Below, in pieces: positions 1 through 10,010 of a stretch of 64,000 nucleotides of DNA. The stretch lies in contig JBEKDT010000004.1 in NCBI GenBank assembly GCA_050014195.1, positions 1-64,000 on the forward strand, read 5' to 3'. A program made the translations under genes and the position numbers. The first letter of the stretch is position 1. Every line of letters begins with the position of its first letter. The notes beneath the pieces were generated by a model. That model was given only the letters and a program-made list of their open reading frames with translations, searched no databases and was not told the origin of the DNA. The DNA comes from Desulfomonilia bacterium. Lineage in GTDB: Bacteria; Desulfobacterota; Desulfomonilia; UBA1062.

Positions 1-796
1 CGCCGGATACGGTTATTGAATAGGCATGGGCGCTATGAGTGCCGTCGCCCGCCAGATCCGTGCGGGTGGTCCCGGTCCAGTAGCAGGGTATCCCCTTCGT
101 GCCGTCACTGTAGAATCCGGCCGTATAGACCGTGCCGCCGGATACAGCTATTGAATTGGCATAGGCTTCATGCGTGCCGTCGCCCGCCAGATCCGTGCGG
201 GTGGTCCCGGTCCAGTAGCAGGGTATCCCCTTCGCGCCGTCACTGTAGAATCCGGCCGTATAGACCGTGCCGTCGGACACGGTTATTGAAGAGGCATGGG
301 CGCTATGAGTGCCATCCCCCGCCAGGTCGGTGCGGGTGGTCCCGGTCCAGTAGCAGGGTATATCCTTCGCGCCGTCAGTGTAGTACCCGGCCGTATAGAC
401 CGTGCCGTCGGACACGGTTATTGAAGAGGCATGGGCGCTATGAGTGCCATCCCCCGCCAGGTCGGTGCGGGTGGTCCCGGTCCAGTAGCAGGGTATATCC
501 TTCGCGCCGTCATTGTAGTACCCGGCCGTATAGACCGTGACGCCGGACACGGCTATTGAATTGGCATAGCCGTCATGCGTGCCGTTGCCCGGCAGGTCGG
601 TGCGGGTGGTCCCGGTCCAGTAGCAGGGTATTCCCTTCGTGCCGTCAGAGTAGTACCCGGCCGTATAGATCGTGCTGCTGGACACGTCTATTGAAGAGGC
701 ATAGGCATCATGAGTGCCATCCCCCGCCAGGTCGGTGCGGATAGTCCCGGTCCAGTAGCAGGGTATGTCTTTCGTGCCGTCATTATAGTACCCGGC
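1..796. repeat. 135-bp coding tandem repeat, about 6 copies
   Basis: CCGTATAGA recurs at 121, 256, 391, 526 and 661, an exact 135-nt period. Confidence 0.95.
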
Positions 797-1171
797 AGAT
801 GCGGGCAAAGGTACAGCCGCAGTGAAGGCGGTTAAGGACGTTGCACTGTTACCCCCCACGGTGACTATTATCGGCCCGGTTGTCGCGCGCTCGGGGACGA
901 TAGTGACGATCTGAGTGGACGTGAAACTGGATACAACGGCGGCTGTCCCGTTAAAACTCACGGTATTGGCAGCCCAGAATGGGCTGAAGTTCGTTCCTGT
1001 GATGGTTACGGTGTCGCCGGCTTGACCACTCGTAGGCGTGAAGTTGGTGATCGTGGGGGATGATCCCGTCGTAGCACTACCACCACCTCCTCCTCCACAA
1101 CCAACAAAGAGTGAAATGATAGAAAGAACTACAAATAATCGAAAAATACCCGAGATCCTTACGTTGTACAT
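1..1171 (-). CDS. Lipoprotein with IPT/TIG domain and >=6 tandem 45-aa beta-propeller-like repeats (3' end runs off the window)
   Basis: Manual translation from ATG 1171 (SD GAGGAG upstream): MYNVRISGIFRLFVVLSIISLFVG-C lipobox, Gly linker, PTITNFTPTSGQAGDTVTITGTNF (IPT/TIG), then repeats GYYxDGxKxIPCYWTGTTRTDLAGDGTHxAxAxSIxVSxGTVYTA. Absent from the ORF track because there is no stop in the window. Confidence 0.9.
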   Translation of the reverse strand, partial: MYNVRISGIFRLFVVLSIISLFVGCGGGGGGSATTGSSPTITNFTPTSGQAGDTVTITGTNFSPFWAANTVSFNGTAAVVSSFTSTQIVTIVPERATTGPIIVTVGGNSATSLTAFTAAVPLPASAGYYNDGTKDIPCYWTGTIRTDLAGDGTHDAYASSIDVSSSTIYTAGYYSDGTKGIPCYWTGTTRTDLPGNGTHDGYANSIAVSGVTVYTAGYYNDGAKDIPCYWTGTTRTDLAGDGTHSAHASSITVSDGTVYTAGYYTDGAKDIPCYWTGTTRTDLAGDGTHSAHASSITVSDGTVYTAGFYSDGAKGIPCYWTGTTRTDLAGDGTHEAYANSIAVSGGTVYTAGFYSDGTKGIPCYWTGTTRTDLAGDGTHSAHAYSITVSG

Positions 1172-1452
1172 AGAAATACTCCTCTCAGAGAAGATTAATA
1201 CATCATCCGTGTAGCTGCTCGCAATCGTAGAACATCGTGCTTGCGAACAAGAGGTATTTTCTGCTCACATTATGTGATTCTATCCGAGCCCTCTGCTCAG
1301 ATTAATTGCGATGGTGATTATATTATTTGCAACTGTGATCGCAATCATAATTCTGTGCTCATCTTAATTGCGAAAAGGAAAAGGATCAGAGTCAGGTCCT
1401 CGCAATGAGTTTGTGATAATCATTCATGCAACAATTCTTTTTCATTCACTGA

Positions 1453-1902
1453 TCACTGGTCACTACTCACTGTCTGCCCCTCTTCCGGTTTCGCAAACTC
1501 TGCCCCGCACTTCCTGCACTTGGGGATGTCCGGATAGTTGAGACTGCCGCAGTCGGAGCAGATGTAGATGGTTCCCGTGCCGCTGCCGGAAATGGTCCCT
1601 GTGTAAGGAAGGCCGGCAACTGCTTTTAAGAGCCTGATGATCTCGGATAAGGCACCGAAGATCACAAACAGGATTAGGCTAGCGATCAGTATCCCCATGC
1701 CGACTGCAAGCAGTATCAGCCTGCCCGTAGCAATACCCGCGAGGATGCACCCGAGAACACCGAAAATGCCAATCACAAGGCACAGGCGCGACAGGACTCC
1801 CAGCCCTGCCTCTTTACCTTGAACGTCTTTGTAGTCCTGGGCGATGATCTTCGCCTTTGCCTCCGGTGCATCATCGGACGGATTCTGTTCTCCCTGGTTC
1901 AT
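1453..1902 (-). CDS. Membrane protein (2 TM) with C-terminal zinc ribbon
   Basis: Two hydrophobic segments; CxxC-x10-CxxC (CSDC...CRKC); GGAGG SD upstream. Confidence 0.8.
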   Translation of the reverse strand: MNQGEQNPSDDAPEAKAKIIAQDYKDVQGKEAGLGVLSRLCLVIGIFGVLGCILAGIATGRLILLAVGMGILIASLILFVIFGALSEIIRLLKAVAGLPYTGTISGSGTGTIYICSDCGSLNYPDIPKCRKCGAEFAKPEEGQTVSSDQ

Positions 1903-1986
1903 CCTGTTACCTCCTTGGACTACTCATAGGACGGTTTATGATTTGAGATACAGGCAGTGTTGCACTCGGCCTCAAGACAACATTCC

Positions 1987-3267
1987 TTACTCCCGCTCAT
2001 CCACCACCATACCATTGCCCTTGAAGGCTGAGCCCGGGACGATCTTCACACCCATGCGTACGCTTGTCCCTGTATGAAGGGCCTTCTCAAGCTTTTCCAT
2101 GAAGGCCTTCTGGGCGCGCATCTCGTCGAAGAACAGGGTATCGCCGACTTCCAGGAGTATATCGGCGCGCTCGAAAGGTCCTTCGCGATAGATGTGGATC
2201 CGGCTCCTGGCCTCCACACCCTCAGCCTTGAGGATCTGGCTTATCCGACCAGGGGAGACGCTCACACCCTTGATCTTGATTGTGTCATCCAGTCGGCCAT
2301 AAAAGTTTTCAAGCCTCATGTGGGTCCTGCCGCATGGGCATTGCCCCTCTTTGATCATGGTGATGTCGCCTGTGCGATAGCGTATCAGGGGGAAAGCCTC
2401 GCGCATGAGCGTGGTGATCACAAGCTCGCCCTTCTCGCCGGGTCCCAGCACTGCGCCGGTTTTGGGGCCTACAACCTCGGCGATGAAGAAGTCCTCATAC
2501 ACGTGCAGACCGTCATGCGCGCTGCACTCGCCTGCAATGCCCGGCCCCATAACCACGCTGGAGCCGTAGCTGTTGAACACCTCCACGCCGAGGGCCTGTT
2601 CGATCTTTGCCCTCACTGTCGTGCTCAGCTTGTCGGCCCCCAGGATCGCCCGCCTGAGACGCAGCGTCTTGGGGTTGATGTTCATCTGGTCGATCCGGTC
2701 CAACAGGATGAGCGCATAACCAGGCGTGCAGGCAATGACGGATGTGAGGTAGTCATGCATGATCATGACTTGCTCTGCAGTATTGCCGATATCCGACGGG
2801 ATCACCGATGAACCGATGAGCTCTGCCGCCGCATGAAAACCGAACCCGCCGGTCATGAGGCCATATCTGAAGGCAATCTGGATCACATCATCTTTCGTGA
2901 TGCCCGCACCCACCAGGAACCGTGCCATAAGCCTTGCCCATGCCCTCAGGTCACCCGCTGTATAACCGGTCACAATGGGCTTGCGCGCCTGGCCTGAAGA
3001 GGTGTGGATGCGTACCACTTCCCGAAGAGGCACGGCAAACATATCATAGGGGTAACATTTTTCGATATCCTGCCTCGTCGTGAATGGCAGGTTCATGATG
3101 TCGGAAAGGGATTTCACGTCTTCAGGCAAAATACCTGCACTATCGAGTGCCCTCCGGTAGTGGGCGACGTTCAGGTATGCCCTGTTCAACGTGGACTGGA
3201 GCCGCTCGAGCTGAAAGACCTCCAGCTCGCTCCTCGGCATGGTCTCGTAGAGTGTCTCGTACATCAT
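1987..3267 (-). CDS. paaK: Phenylacetate-CoA ligase-like protein with degenerate catalytic motifs
   Basis: Colinear with the paralog at 8113-9414 ([33 protein letters not shown]). P-loop, YGxSE and C-terminal Lys motifs are altered. Confidence 0.8.
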   Translation of the reverse strand: MMYETLYETMPRSELEVFQLERLQSTLNRAYLNVAHYRRALDSAGILPEDVKSLSDIMNLPFTTRQDIEKCYPYDMFAVPLREVVRIHTSSGQARKPIVTGYTAGDLRAWARLMARFLVGAGITKDDVIQIAFRYGLMTGGFGFHAAAELIGSSVIPSDIGNTAEQVMIMHDYLTSVIACTPGYALILLDRIDQMNINPKTLRLRRAILGADKLSTTVRAKIEQALGVEVFNSYGSSVVMGPGIAGECSAHDGLHVYEDFFIAEVVGPKTGAVLGPGEKGELVITTLMREAFPLIRYRTGDITMIKEGQCPCGRTHMRLENFYGRLDDTIKIKGVSVSPGRISQILKAEGVEARSRIHIYREGPFERADILLEVGDTLFFDEMRAQKAFMEKLEKALHTGTSVRMGVKIVPGSAFKGNGMVVDERE

Positions 3268-4028
3268 ACAATTTCCCCTCCCAGATAGGCTTCCAATACC
3301 CTTTGATCTTTCCGGATCTGGCTTGGGGGGCCCGAGCAGAGCACCCGCCCTTCGGTCATCACAACAATGCGGTCACAGATATCCATGATAAGGTTCATAT
3401 CATGCTCGATGATCACGACCGTGAGATTAAGCTCGCCTTTCAAGCTTACGATAAGAGAAGAGAGTTCCTGGGTCTCTTTGGGATTCATGCCGGCGGCAGG
3501 CTCATCCAAGAATAGAATGGCAGGCCTTGAAGCCAGTGCCCTGGCTATCTCCACCCTGCGCTGGTTCCCATATGACAAGCTCACCGCAGGCTCATGGGCC
3601 ATCTCCAAAATGCCCAGCCGGTCAAGCAAGGCCAGTGACTCTTCTTCAAGCCTCTTCTCTTCTTTCCGTTTGCCCCAGGTGCTCAGCATGCTTTGCCAGT
3701 AGCCTGCCTTGAGTCTGATGTGCCCCCCCACCATGACATTTTCCAGCACGCTCATATCGCGGAATATCTCAAGATTCTGGAAGGTCCTGGCCATACCAAG
3801 CCTGACCCGGCGGTGAGGCGTGAGATGGGTGATTCTCTTTCCGCTGAGTTCTATATTGCCGGTCTCGGGCAGGAACAACCCGGTGAGCACATTGAAGAGC
3901 GTGGTCTTGCCTGCGCCATTGGGCCCTATGACCCCTAATATCTCACCTTCCATCACATCCATAGACACTTCACTCAAGGCCTGTATGCCCATGAAGCTCT
4001 TTGATATGCCCTGGGCACAGAGCATCAT
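3264..4028 (-). CDS. livG: Branched-chain amino acid-type ABC transporter ATP-binding protein
   Basis: GPNGAGKTT, ARTFQN, LSYGNQRRVEIARAL, LDEPAAG, EAYLG; ATGA overlap with the livF stop. Confidence 0.92.
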   Translation of the reverse strand: MMLCAQGISKSFMGIQALSEVSMDVMEGEILGVIGPNGAGKTTLFNVLTGLFLPETGNIELSGKRITHLTPHRRVRLGMARTFQNLEIFRDMSVLENVMVGGHIRLKAGYWQSMLSTWGKRKEEKRLEEESLALLDRLGILEMAHEPAVSLSYGNQRRVEIARALASRPAILFLDEPAAGMNPKETQELSSLIVSLKGELNLTVVIIEHDMNLIMDICDRIVVMTEGRVLCSGPPSQIRKDQRVLEAYLGGEIV

Positions 4029-4753
4029 TCCCATACCTCTTTGTAGCCCTTGCCCAGGTATGCACGCTGGATCTCATTGCTCCGGCTTAGCTCGGAAGAT
4101 TCACCTTCCATGACGATGCGCCCAGTCTCGATGACATAGCCGCGATTCGCCAGATTGAGCGCCAGCCTGGCGTTCTGTTCCACCAAGAGAATGCTGATAC
4201 CCTCCTGTTCGTTTAGGTGCCTGATCCGCTCGTAGATCTGGCCCGTAACGATGGGTGCAAGGCCCATGGACGGCTCGTCAAGCAGCAACACCCTTGGCCG
4301 GGCCATGAGGGCGCGGGCTATGGCCAGCATCTGCTGCTCGCCGCCTGAAAGCGTGCCTGCAAGCTGGGATTTTCGCTGGCCAAGGATGGGAAAGAGCCGC
4401 TCCATTTCCTCGATGTCAGCCTTGATCCCTGCCTTATCCCTCCTTGTATAGGCCCCCAGCACCATATTGTCGCGAACGCTCAAGCCCCTGAAGAGCCGCC
4501 TTCCCTCCGGCACATGGCCGATGCCGCTCCTTAAGATACGCTCGGAGCTCATCTTTGTGATCTGCTCGTTTTCCAGCAGGATGTCACCTGAGGCCGCCTT
4601 TATCATACCCGAGACGGCACGCAGGATGGTGCTTTTGCCTGCGCCGTTCCCGCCGATCAAGGCGACGATCTCGCCTGCCTTCACGTGGAGCGACACACCC
4701 TTGACCGCATGGATGTGGCCGTAATAGGTATGCAGGTTCGTGATCTTTAACAC
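4025..4753 (-). CDS. livF: Branched-chain amino acid-type ABC transporter ATP-binding protein
   Basis: GGNGAGKST, VPEGRRLF, LSGGEQQMLA, LDEPSMGLAP, VEQNA. Confidence 0.93.
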   Translation of the reverse strand: MLKITNLHTYYGHIHAVKGVSLHVKAGEIVALIGGNGAGKSTILRAVSGMIKAASGDILLENEQITKMSSERILRSGIGHVPEGRRLFRGLSVRDNMVLGAYTRRDKAGIKADIEEMERLFPILGQRKSQLAGTLSGGEQQMLAIARALMARPRVLLLDEPSMGLAPIVTGQIYERIRHLNEQEGISILLVEQNARLALNLANRGYVIETGRIVMEGESSELSRSNEIQRAYLGKGYKEVWE

Positions 4754-4754
4754 C

Positions 4755-5618
4755 TTATGACCTCCCGAAGATCTCGGTGATCTTGACGCGGCCCATGATG
4801 CCCTGGGGCCTGAAAACCATGAGTACTACGAGCAGCGCACCGTAGATGACGTCCTGGTAGCTGGCCAAAGGCCGCAGCACCTCGGGCAGGAGCACAAGCA
4901 GCGCTGCCCCCAGAAGAGAACCCATAATGCTCCCGATGCCGCCTAAAACCACCATGGACAATATCATGATGGAGGTGTGCAAGCCGAAGGTGGGCGGACT
5001 TATGTATGCCGTGTAGTGGGCATAGAGACTGCCTGCCAAGCCTGCCCAGAACGAGCTCGTCATGAAGGCGACTGTCTTATAGAATGCCGTGTTGATGCCC
5101 ATGAAAGAGGCTGTAACATCATTGTCCCTTATGGCTGCCCACGCCCTGCCGACCCTGGACTGCTTTAAGGTATGGACGCTCATGATCATCACGGCAAGGA
5201 TCAAACAGGTCATGGCAAGAAACGGCCACTTTCCGCTCAAAACCTTTCCCCACAGTGAAGCGGGAGGTATGCCTGTCAGTCCGTCCGGACCGCCGGTAAT
5301 CCCGAGGTTCATGAAAACAAGGGTTGTGATGATCCCGAAGCCTAAAGTGACGATGGCCAGATAGTCATCCTTGACCCTGAGAGCAGGCAAGGCAAGGCAT
5401 AGACCCAGGGCTGAGGTGATGACCCCGCTCAGCATGAATGCCTCTGCGAAGCTTAAGCCTCTGATCATGAGCAGGCCGCTTATGTATGCCCCTATGCCGA
5501 AAAATGCGGCATGCCCCAGTGAGACGAGCCCGGCAAAGCCCACGATGATGTTCAGGCTGAGGCTCAAGATGGCGTATATGCCTATAAGGATGATGACATG
5601 CAGGATGTAGACACTCAT
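4755..5618 (-). CDS. livM: Branched-chain amino acid-type ABC transporter permease
   Basis: SLGHAAFFGIGAY, YLAIVTLGFG, TGGPDG, GRAWAAIRDN. Confidence 0.92.
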   Translation of the reverse strand: MSVYILHVIILIGIYAILSLSLNIIVGFAGLVSLGHAAFFGIGAYISGLLMIRGLSFAEAFMLSGVITSALGLCLALPALRVKDDYLAIVTLGFGIITTLVFMNLGITGGPDGLTGIPPASLWGKVLSGKWPFLAMTCLILAVMIMSVHTLKQSRVGRAWAAIRDNDVTASFMGINTAFYKTVAFMTSSFWAGLAGSLYAHYTAYISPPTFGLHTSIMILSMVVLGGIGSIMGSLLGAALLVLLPEVLRPLASYQDVIYGALLVVLMVFRPQGIMGRVKITEIFGRS

Positions 5619-6472
5619 TTGCGCGACCCCAGGATACCCCTCGGACGGATGATGAGCACAAGCACTAACGCGATGAATGCAAATGCGTCTTTGAAAGACG
5701 ATGATAGGTACGCGGCACCCATGTTCTCGGCCACTCCCAGGACTAGTCCTCCGATGATGGCCCCCGGGATGGAGCCTACCCCGCCCAGGATGGCGGCTGA
5801 AAATCCTTTGAGCCCCGGCAGCAGACCCATGGTCGGTGATGTGGCGTTGTAATAGAGGGCCATGAGAATACCTGCAGCGCCCGACAGCGCCGATCCCAGG
5901 AGAAAGGTAACCACATAGGTCATGTTCACGCTTATCCCGGAAAGGCTCGCCGCATCGCTGTCCATGGCGACTGCCAGGATGGCCTTGCCGTGCTTGGTGA
6001 GGTTGACAAAAAGAGTCAGGATGATCATTAATCCGAATGATACACCGGCGATAATGAGCTGCAGGTCCGTGATCCGGGCCCCGAATACCCTGTGGCTTGC
6101 AGGTATGAAATCAAGGGGGAACGAGTGTTCTTCAGGACCGAAGAGCAGCAGTGCCAGCGAGCTCAGAAAGATGGACGCGCCGATGGCGCTTATGAGCGGT
6201 ATTAAGGGGTGGGTGCCCCGCAGAGGCCTGAATGCGATCCGCTCCAGGAGGACACCCACCACGCATGCAGATGAAATGCCGGCCAGCACGGCCAGACCCA
6301 GCTCGCCGGTTGCGGCGAGCGTGAGCACGGCCCCAAAGGCCCCGAACATATAGATCTCTCCCTGGGCAAAATTGATAATCCCCAGGATACCGTAGATCAT
6401 GGTGTAGCCAAGGGCGACCAGCGCATACACGCTGCCCACCACCAGGCCGTTCACAAGCTGCTGGATCAGCAC
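5615..6472 (-). CDS. livH: Branched-chain amino acid-type ABC transporter permease
   Basis: NGLVVGSVYALVALGYTMIYG, INFAQGE, KGFSAAILGGVGS. Confidence 0.92.
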   Translation of the reverse strand: MLIQQLVNGLVVGSVYALVALGYTMIYGILGIINFAQGEIYMFGAFGAVLTLAATGELGLAVLAGISSACVVGVLLERIAFRPLRGTHPLIPLISAIGASIFLSSLALLLFGPEEHSFPLDFIPASHRVFGARITDLQLIIAGVSFGLMIILTLFVNLTKHGKAILAVAMDSDAASLSGISVNMTYVVTFLLGSALSGAAGILMALYYNATSPTMGLLPGLKGFSAAILGGVGSIPGAIIGGLVLGVAENMGAAYLSSSFKDAFAFIALVLVLIIRPRGILGSRK

Positions 6473-6473
6473 A

Positions 6474-7598
6474 TCACTGGGCCTTTACGTATTTCCCGTT
6501 CTTCACCTTGAAGATATAGACGCCCTGCTTTACCACATCTCTGGTCTTGTTGAAGCTGAGCTTGCCGGTGACGCCGTCGAAATCCTTGACCGTATCGAGA
6601 TAGGCGCGGATGCCGTCGGGGGTGTTGCCCTTGGTCTCGATTCCCTTGGCCACGAGCCTTGCCATGTCATAGGTGATGGCTGCGAACATGATGTTGTTGG
6701 GCTCGTTCGAGGAAGACTTCACGATCTTGTAATACTCATCTTTGAACTTCTTGTTGGTGGGGGTAGCCAAGTCCTCATTGTACTCGCTGGCGTTCACATG
6801 GCCCTCAGCGGCCTTGCCTGCAAGCTCGATATATTTGGGGGCCATGTCCCCATACACGCCCATGGACTGCTCGGTGATCCCCATTTTGCGGGCCTGGGAC
6901 ATGGCGGGTGCCGTCTCCTGGAGGTAGCCCGGGATGAACAGGAGGTCGAACTTGGCCTGCGATATCTTGGTGAGCTGCGAAGAGAAGTCGCGATCGCCCA
7001 CCATGAAGCTCTCGGCAACAACGACCGGGATGCCCAGATCGCCAAAAAACTTGGTGAACAGATCGTTGCAGCCCTTGCCGTAGGGCTCATTGCTGTATAG
7101 GATGGCAACCTTTGTCGTCTTCAAAGATTCCTTGGCAAACTTGGTGAGCGCCTCGGCCTGCTTGTCGATCCTGTTGCAGCCGCGGTAGATGTATTCGCCC
7201 GCATCGGAGATCTTAGGCGATGTACCGGTAGGCGTGACCACCACGATCTTACTGGTCTGGGCGATGGGCGCCACTGCCAGGACCTCTCCCGAGGTCATGG
7301 GGCCGATGACCACCTGGACCTTGTCCATGGAGGTGAGTTTCTGGAATGCGTTCACCGCATCCTGAGGGGAGTCCTTGCTGTCCTCGTAGATGACCGTAAC
7401 CGGTTTGCCCTTGATGCCGCCCTTTGCATTGATCTCCTTCACTGCGATCTCGATACCGCGCCGTGCAGGCAGGCCGTCGGAGGCACCCTTAGAAAGACGG
7501 AGAATAGCCCCGATCTTGATGTCATCCGCCTTTACCTCCGCGATACCCATACAGAACACCGCAATGCATAGTGCCCATACACACAAAACCTTTTTCAT
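6474..7598 (-). CDS. livK: ABC transporter periplasmic binding protein (Liv family)
   Basis: Signal peptide, IKIG, EINAKGGIKG, DFSSQL, FDGVTGKLSF. Confidence 0.9.
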   Translation of the reverse strand: MKKVLCVWALCIAVFCMGIAEVKADDIKIGAILRLSKGASDGLPARRGIEIAVKEINAKGGIKGKPVTVIYEDSKDSPQDAVNAFQKLTSMDKVQVVIGPMTSGEVLAVAPIAQTSKIVVVTPTGTSPKISDAGEYIYRGCNRIDKQAEALTKFAKESLKTTKVAILYSNEPYGKGCNDLFTKFFGDLGIPVVVAESFMVGDRDFSSQLTKISQAKFDLLFIPGYLQETAPAMSQARKMGITEQSMGVYGDMAPKYIELAGKAAEGHVNASEYNEDLATPTNKKFKDEYYKIVKSSSNEPNNIMFAAITYDMARLVAKGIETKGNTPDGIRAYLDTVKDFDGVTGKLSFNKTRDVVKQGVYIFKVKNGKYVKAQ

Positions 7599-7666
7599 TT
7601 TCCTCCTCCTTCTTCTCCTGCAAAGTTATACGAAGACCCCAATAATTTTCATGGGGGATCTTATCG

Positions 7667-8098
7667 TTACAGGTTGTAGACCTGCTCGCCCTTCAGCACG
7701 GTGAAGCCGCTGTTCAGCAATACTTCGATGGCCTGGTCGATGTTGTCGAACCTGAAGATGATCACTGCGTTCTCACCGCTGCGCTCCACAAAGGCATACA
7801 TGTACTCGACATTGATGCCTTCCTTGGTGAGCAGATCGAGGATGCTGTGCAGGCCCCCGGGCCGGTCAGGCACCTCCACGGCAATCACATGGGTGCGGCC
7901 CACGGCAAAGCCGTTCTCGTTGAGTACCTTCTTGGCCTTGTTCACATCGTCCACAATAAGCCTCAAGATACCGAAGTCACTCGTGTCGGCGAGCGAGAGG
8001 GCCCGGATGTTGATGCCCGAATCCTTGAGCACCTTTGTTACACCCGAGAGTCCGCCCGGTTTGTTCTCTAAAAAGATCGATATCTGTTCCACCTTCAT
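7667..8098 (-). CDS. Tandem ACT-domain protein (paaK-associated)
   Basis: [13 protein letters not shown] ... [19 protein letters not shown]. Confidence 0.9.
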   Translation of the reverse strand: MKVEQISIFLENKPGGLSGVTKVLKDSGINIRALSLADTSDFGILRLIVDDVNKAKKVLNENGFAVGRTHVIAVEVPDRPGGLHSILDLLTKEGINVEYMYAFVERSGENAVIIFRFDNIDQAIEVLLNSGFTVLKGEQVYNL

Positions 8099-8112
8099 GA
8101 TAGACCTCCCTT

Positions 8113-9414
8113 TTACATATTCCTCTTGTCAATCACACGCTGGGCCTTGCCTTCGAAGCGCTTAAGAGATTTGGACTCCACAAGCTTCACCTTGGCGGAG
8201 ATTCCGATGTAATCCTTTACGTCCTTGGCAATACGGTGTTCGAGATTCTGCAGCTGCCGGATCTCGTCCGAGAAGATCTTCTCGCTCACCTCTACCCGGA
8301 TCTCAAGAGTATCCAGCGACCCTTCCCTTTCTAGAATGAGCTGATAGTGCGGCTCCAGTCCCTCAATCTCCATGATGACGCTCTCGATCTGGGACGGGAA
8401 AACATTGACCCCCCGGATGATGAACATATCATCGCTTCTCCCGGAGATGCGCTCCATGCGCACAAAGGTCCTGCCGCAGCGGCAGACCTCGGGCATGAGC
8501 CGTGAGATGTCCCTGGTCCGGTATCTGATGAGAGGAAAGGCCTCTTTGGTAAGGGTGGTAAATACGATCTCACCCCGCTGGCCATAAGGAAGGACATCGC
8601 CGGTTGCCGGATCGATGACCTCCACGATGAAGTTGTCCTCAAAAATGTGCAGACCGTTGCGGCCTTCGATACACTCCATGGCGACTCCCGGGCCCATGAT
8701 CTCGGACAGGCCGTAGATGTCGAGCGCCGTGATGTCGAGCCTGTTTTCTATCTCGGCGCGCATGCGCTCGCTCCAGGGCTCCGCGCCTAAGACACCCACA
8801 CGGAGACGCAGTGACTTCATATCCACACCCATTTTCTCGCCCGTCTCGGCAAGGAAAAGCAGGTAGGACGGTGTACAGCATATGGCCGTCGGGCCGAAGT
8901 CCTGCAGGATCATGATCTGTTTCTTCGTGTTGCCGCCCGACATGGGTATGACGCTTGCACCGAGCTTCTCTGCACCATAGTGTGCGCCTAACCCGCCCGT
9001 GAACAGGCCATAACCGTAGGCATTGTGGATAATGTCGTTCTTGGTGAGCCCTGCCGCTGCAAAAGAGCGTGCCATGAGTTCGGCCCAGGTCTCTATATCG
9101 CGCTTGGTATAAGCGACGACGGTGGGCTTGCCTGTAGTTCCGGAAGAAGCGTGCAACCGCACGATATTGGTCATGGGCACGCTGAAGAGCCCGAATGGAT
9201 AATTATCCCGCAGGTCCTGCTTGGAGGAGAACGGCAGACGCTTCAGGTCGGTGAGGCTCCTGATGTCATCGGGTGTGATGCCCGCTTCGTCGAACTTCTT
9301 GCGATAAAAACCTACCGTGTGGTACACGCGCTCTACCACCTGCTTGAGCCTCTTGAGCTGCAACGACTCCAGAACTTCCCGGGGCAGCGTCTCAAATTCT
9401 TCATTATAGATCAT
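8113..9414 (-). CDS. paaK: Phenylacetate (arylacetate)-CoA ligase
   Basis: [10 protein letters not shown]-loop, [30 protein letters not shown]; start moved to ATG 9414 (SD GAGGAGG). Confidence 0.93.
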   Translation of the reverse strand: MIYNEEFETLPREVLESLQLKRLKQVVERVYHTVGFYRKKFDEAGITPDDIRSLTDLKRLPFSSKQDLRDNYPFGLFSVPMTNIVRLHASSGTTGKPTVVAYTKRDIETWAELMARSFAAAGLTKNDIIHNAYGYGLFTGGLGAHYGAEKLGASVIPMSGGNTKKQIMILQDFGPTAICCTPSYLLFLAETGEKMGVDMKSLRLRVGVLGAEPWSERMRAEIENRLDITALDIYGLSEIMGPGVAMECIEGRNGLHIFEDNFIVEVIDPATGDVLPYGQRGEIVFTTLTKEAFPLIRYRTRDISRLMPEVCRCGRTFVRMERISGRSDDMFIIRGVNVFPSQIESVIMEIEGLEPHYQLILEREGSLDTLEIRVEVSEKIFSDEIRQLQNLEHRIAKDVKDYIGISAKVKLVESKSLKRFEGKAQRVIDKRNM

Positions 9415-9443
9415 CGAAGAAACCTCCTCATTCTCGTCATTCA

Positions 9444-10010
9444 CTAAGGTTTCAACCCTCTGCCCTTCTTGAAACCCTCTATATTCTGGGACCTGATCTT
9501 CTCGGGGAGCATATCGGTGATGGTCTCGATCCAGAGGGACTCCGCGGGCTCCAGAAGCGCCGAGAGCGTGCCCAACAGGATTATGTTTACTCCCCGAGGA
9601 TTGCCCAGCTCAGAAGCCAATGCACTGCCATCCACCATGCGGATGTCGCTCGTCTTCTCTTTAAGTATCGGGGTGATGTCAGGGTATGCCTCCTTGCCCA
9701 CAATGACCGTAGGCGGTGAGAGCCGGAACCGGTTGATGATCACGGTAGTATCCGCCTTGAGGTACGGCAAATAGCGCGCTGTCTCCAGCTCCTCAAAAGA
9801 CAGCAGGATGTCGCAGCTGCCATAGGGGATGAGCGGAGAAAACACATGTTCTGAAAAACGCACATGTGACATGACACTGCCACCGCGCTGGGCCATGCCG
9901 TGGATCTCGGATTTCTTTACATCGCAGCCGTAGCGCATCATTACTTCCGTCAGTATATCAGAGGCGAGGATGGTACCCTGTCCGCCGACACCGGTCATGA
10001 GCACATTCAT
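9444..10010 (-). CDS. iorB: Indolepyruvate:ferredoxin oxidoreductase beta subunit
   Basis: [22 protein letters not shown]. Confidence 0.93.
   Translation of the reverse strand: MNVLMTGVGGQGTILASDILTEVMMRYGCDVKKSEIHGMAQRGGSVMSHVRFSEHVFSPLIPYGSCDILLSFEELETARYLPYLKADTTVIINRFRLSPPTVIVGKEAYPDITPILKEKTSDIRMVDGSALASELGNPRGVNIILLGTLSALLEPAESLWIETITDMLPEKIRSQNIEGFKKGRGLKP

Noticed and set aside
16-744. Plus-strand Arg/Cys-rich ORFs (16-540, 556-744)
   Set aside because: Antisense shadows of the minus-strand repeat lipoprotein.
1-796. 135-bp repeats as a CRISPR array or DGR template/variable repeats
   Set aside because: There are no unique spacers, the period is an in-frame 45 codons inside a protein gene, the differences are not adenine-specific, and no cas or reverse transcriptase gene is present.
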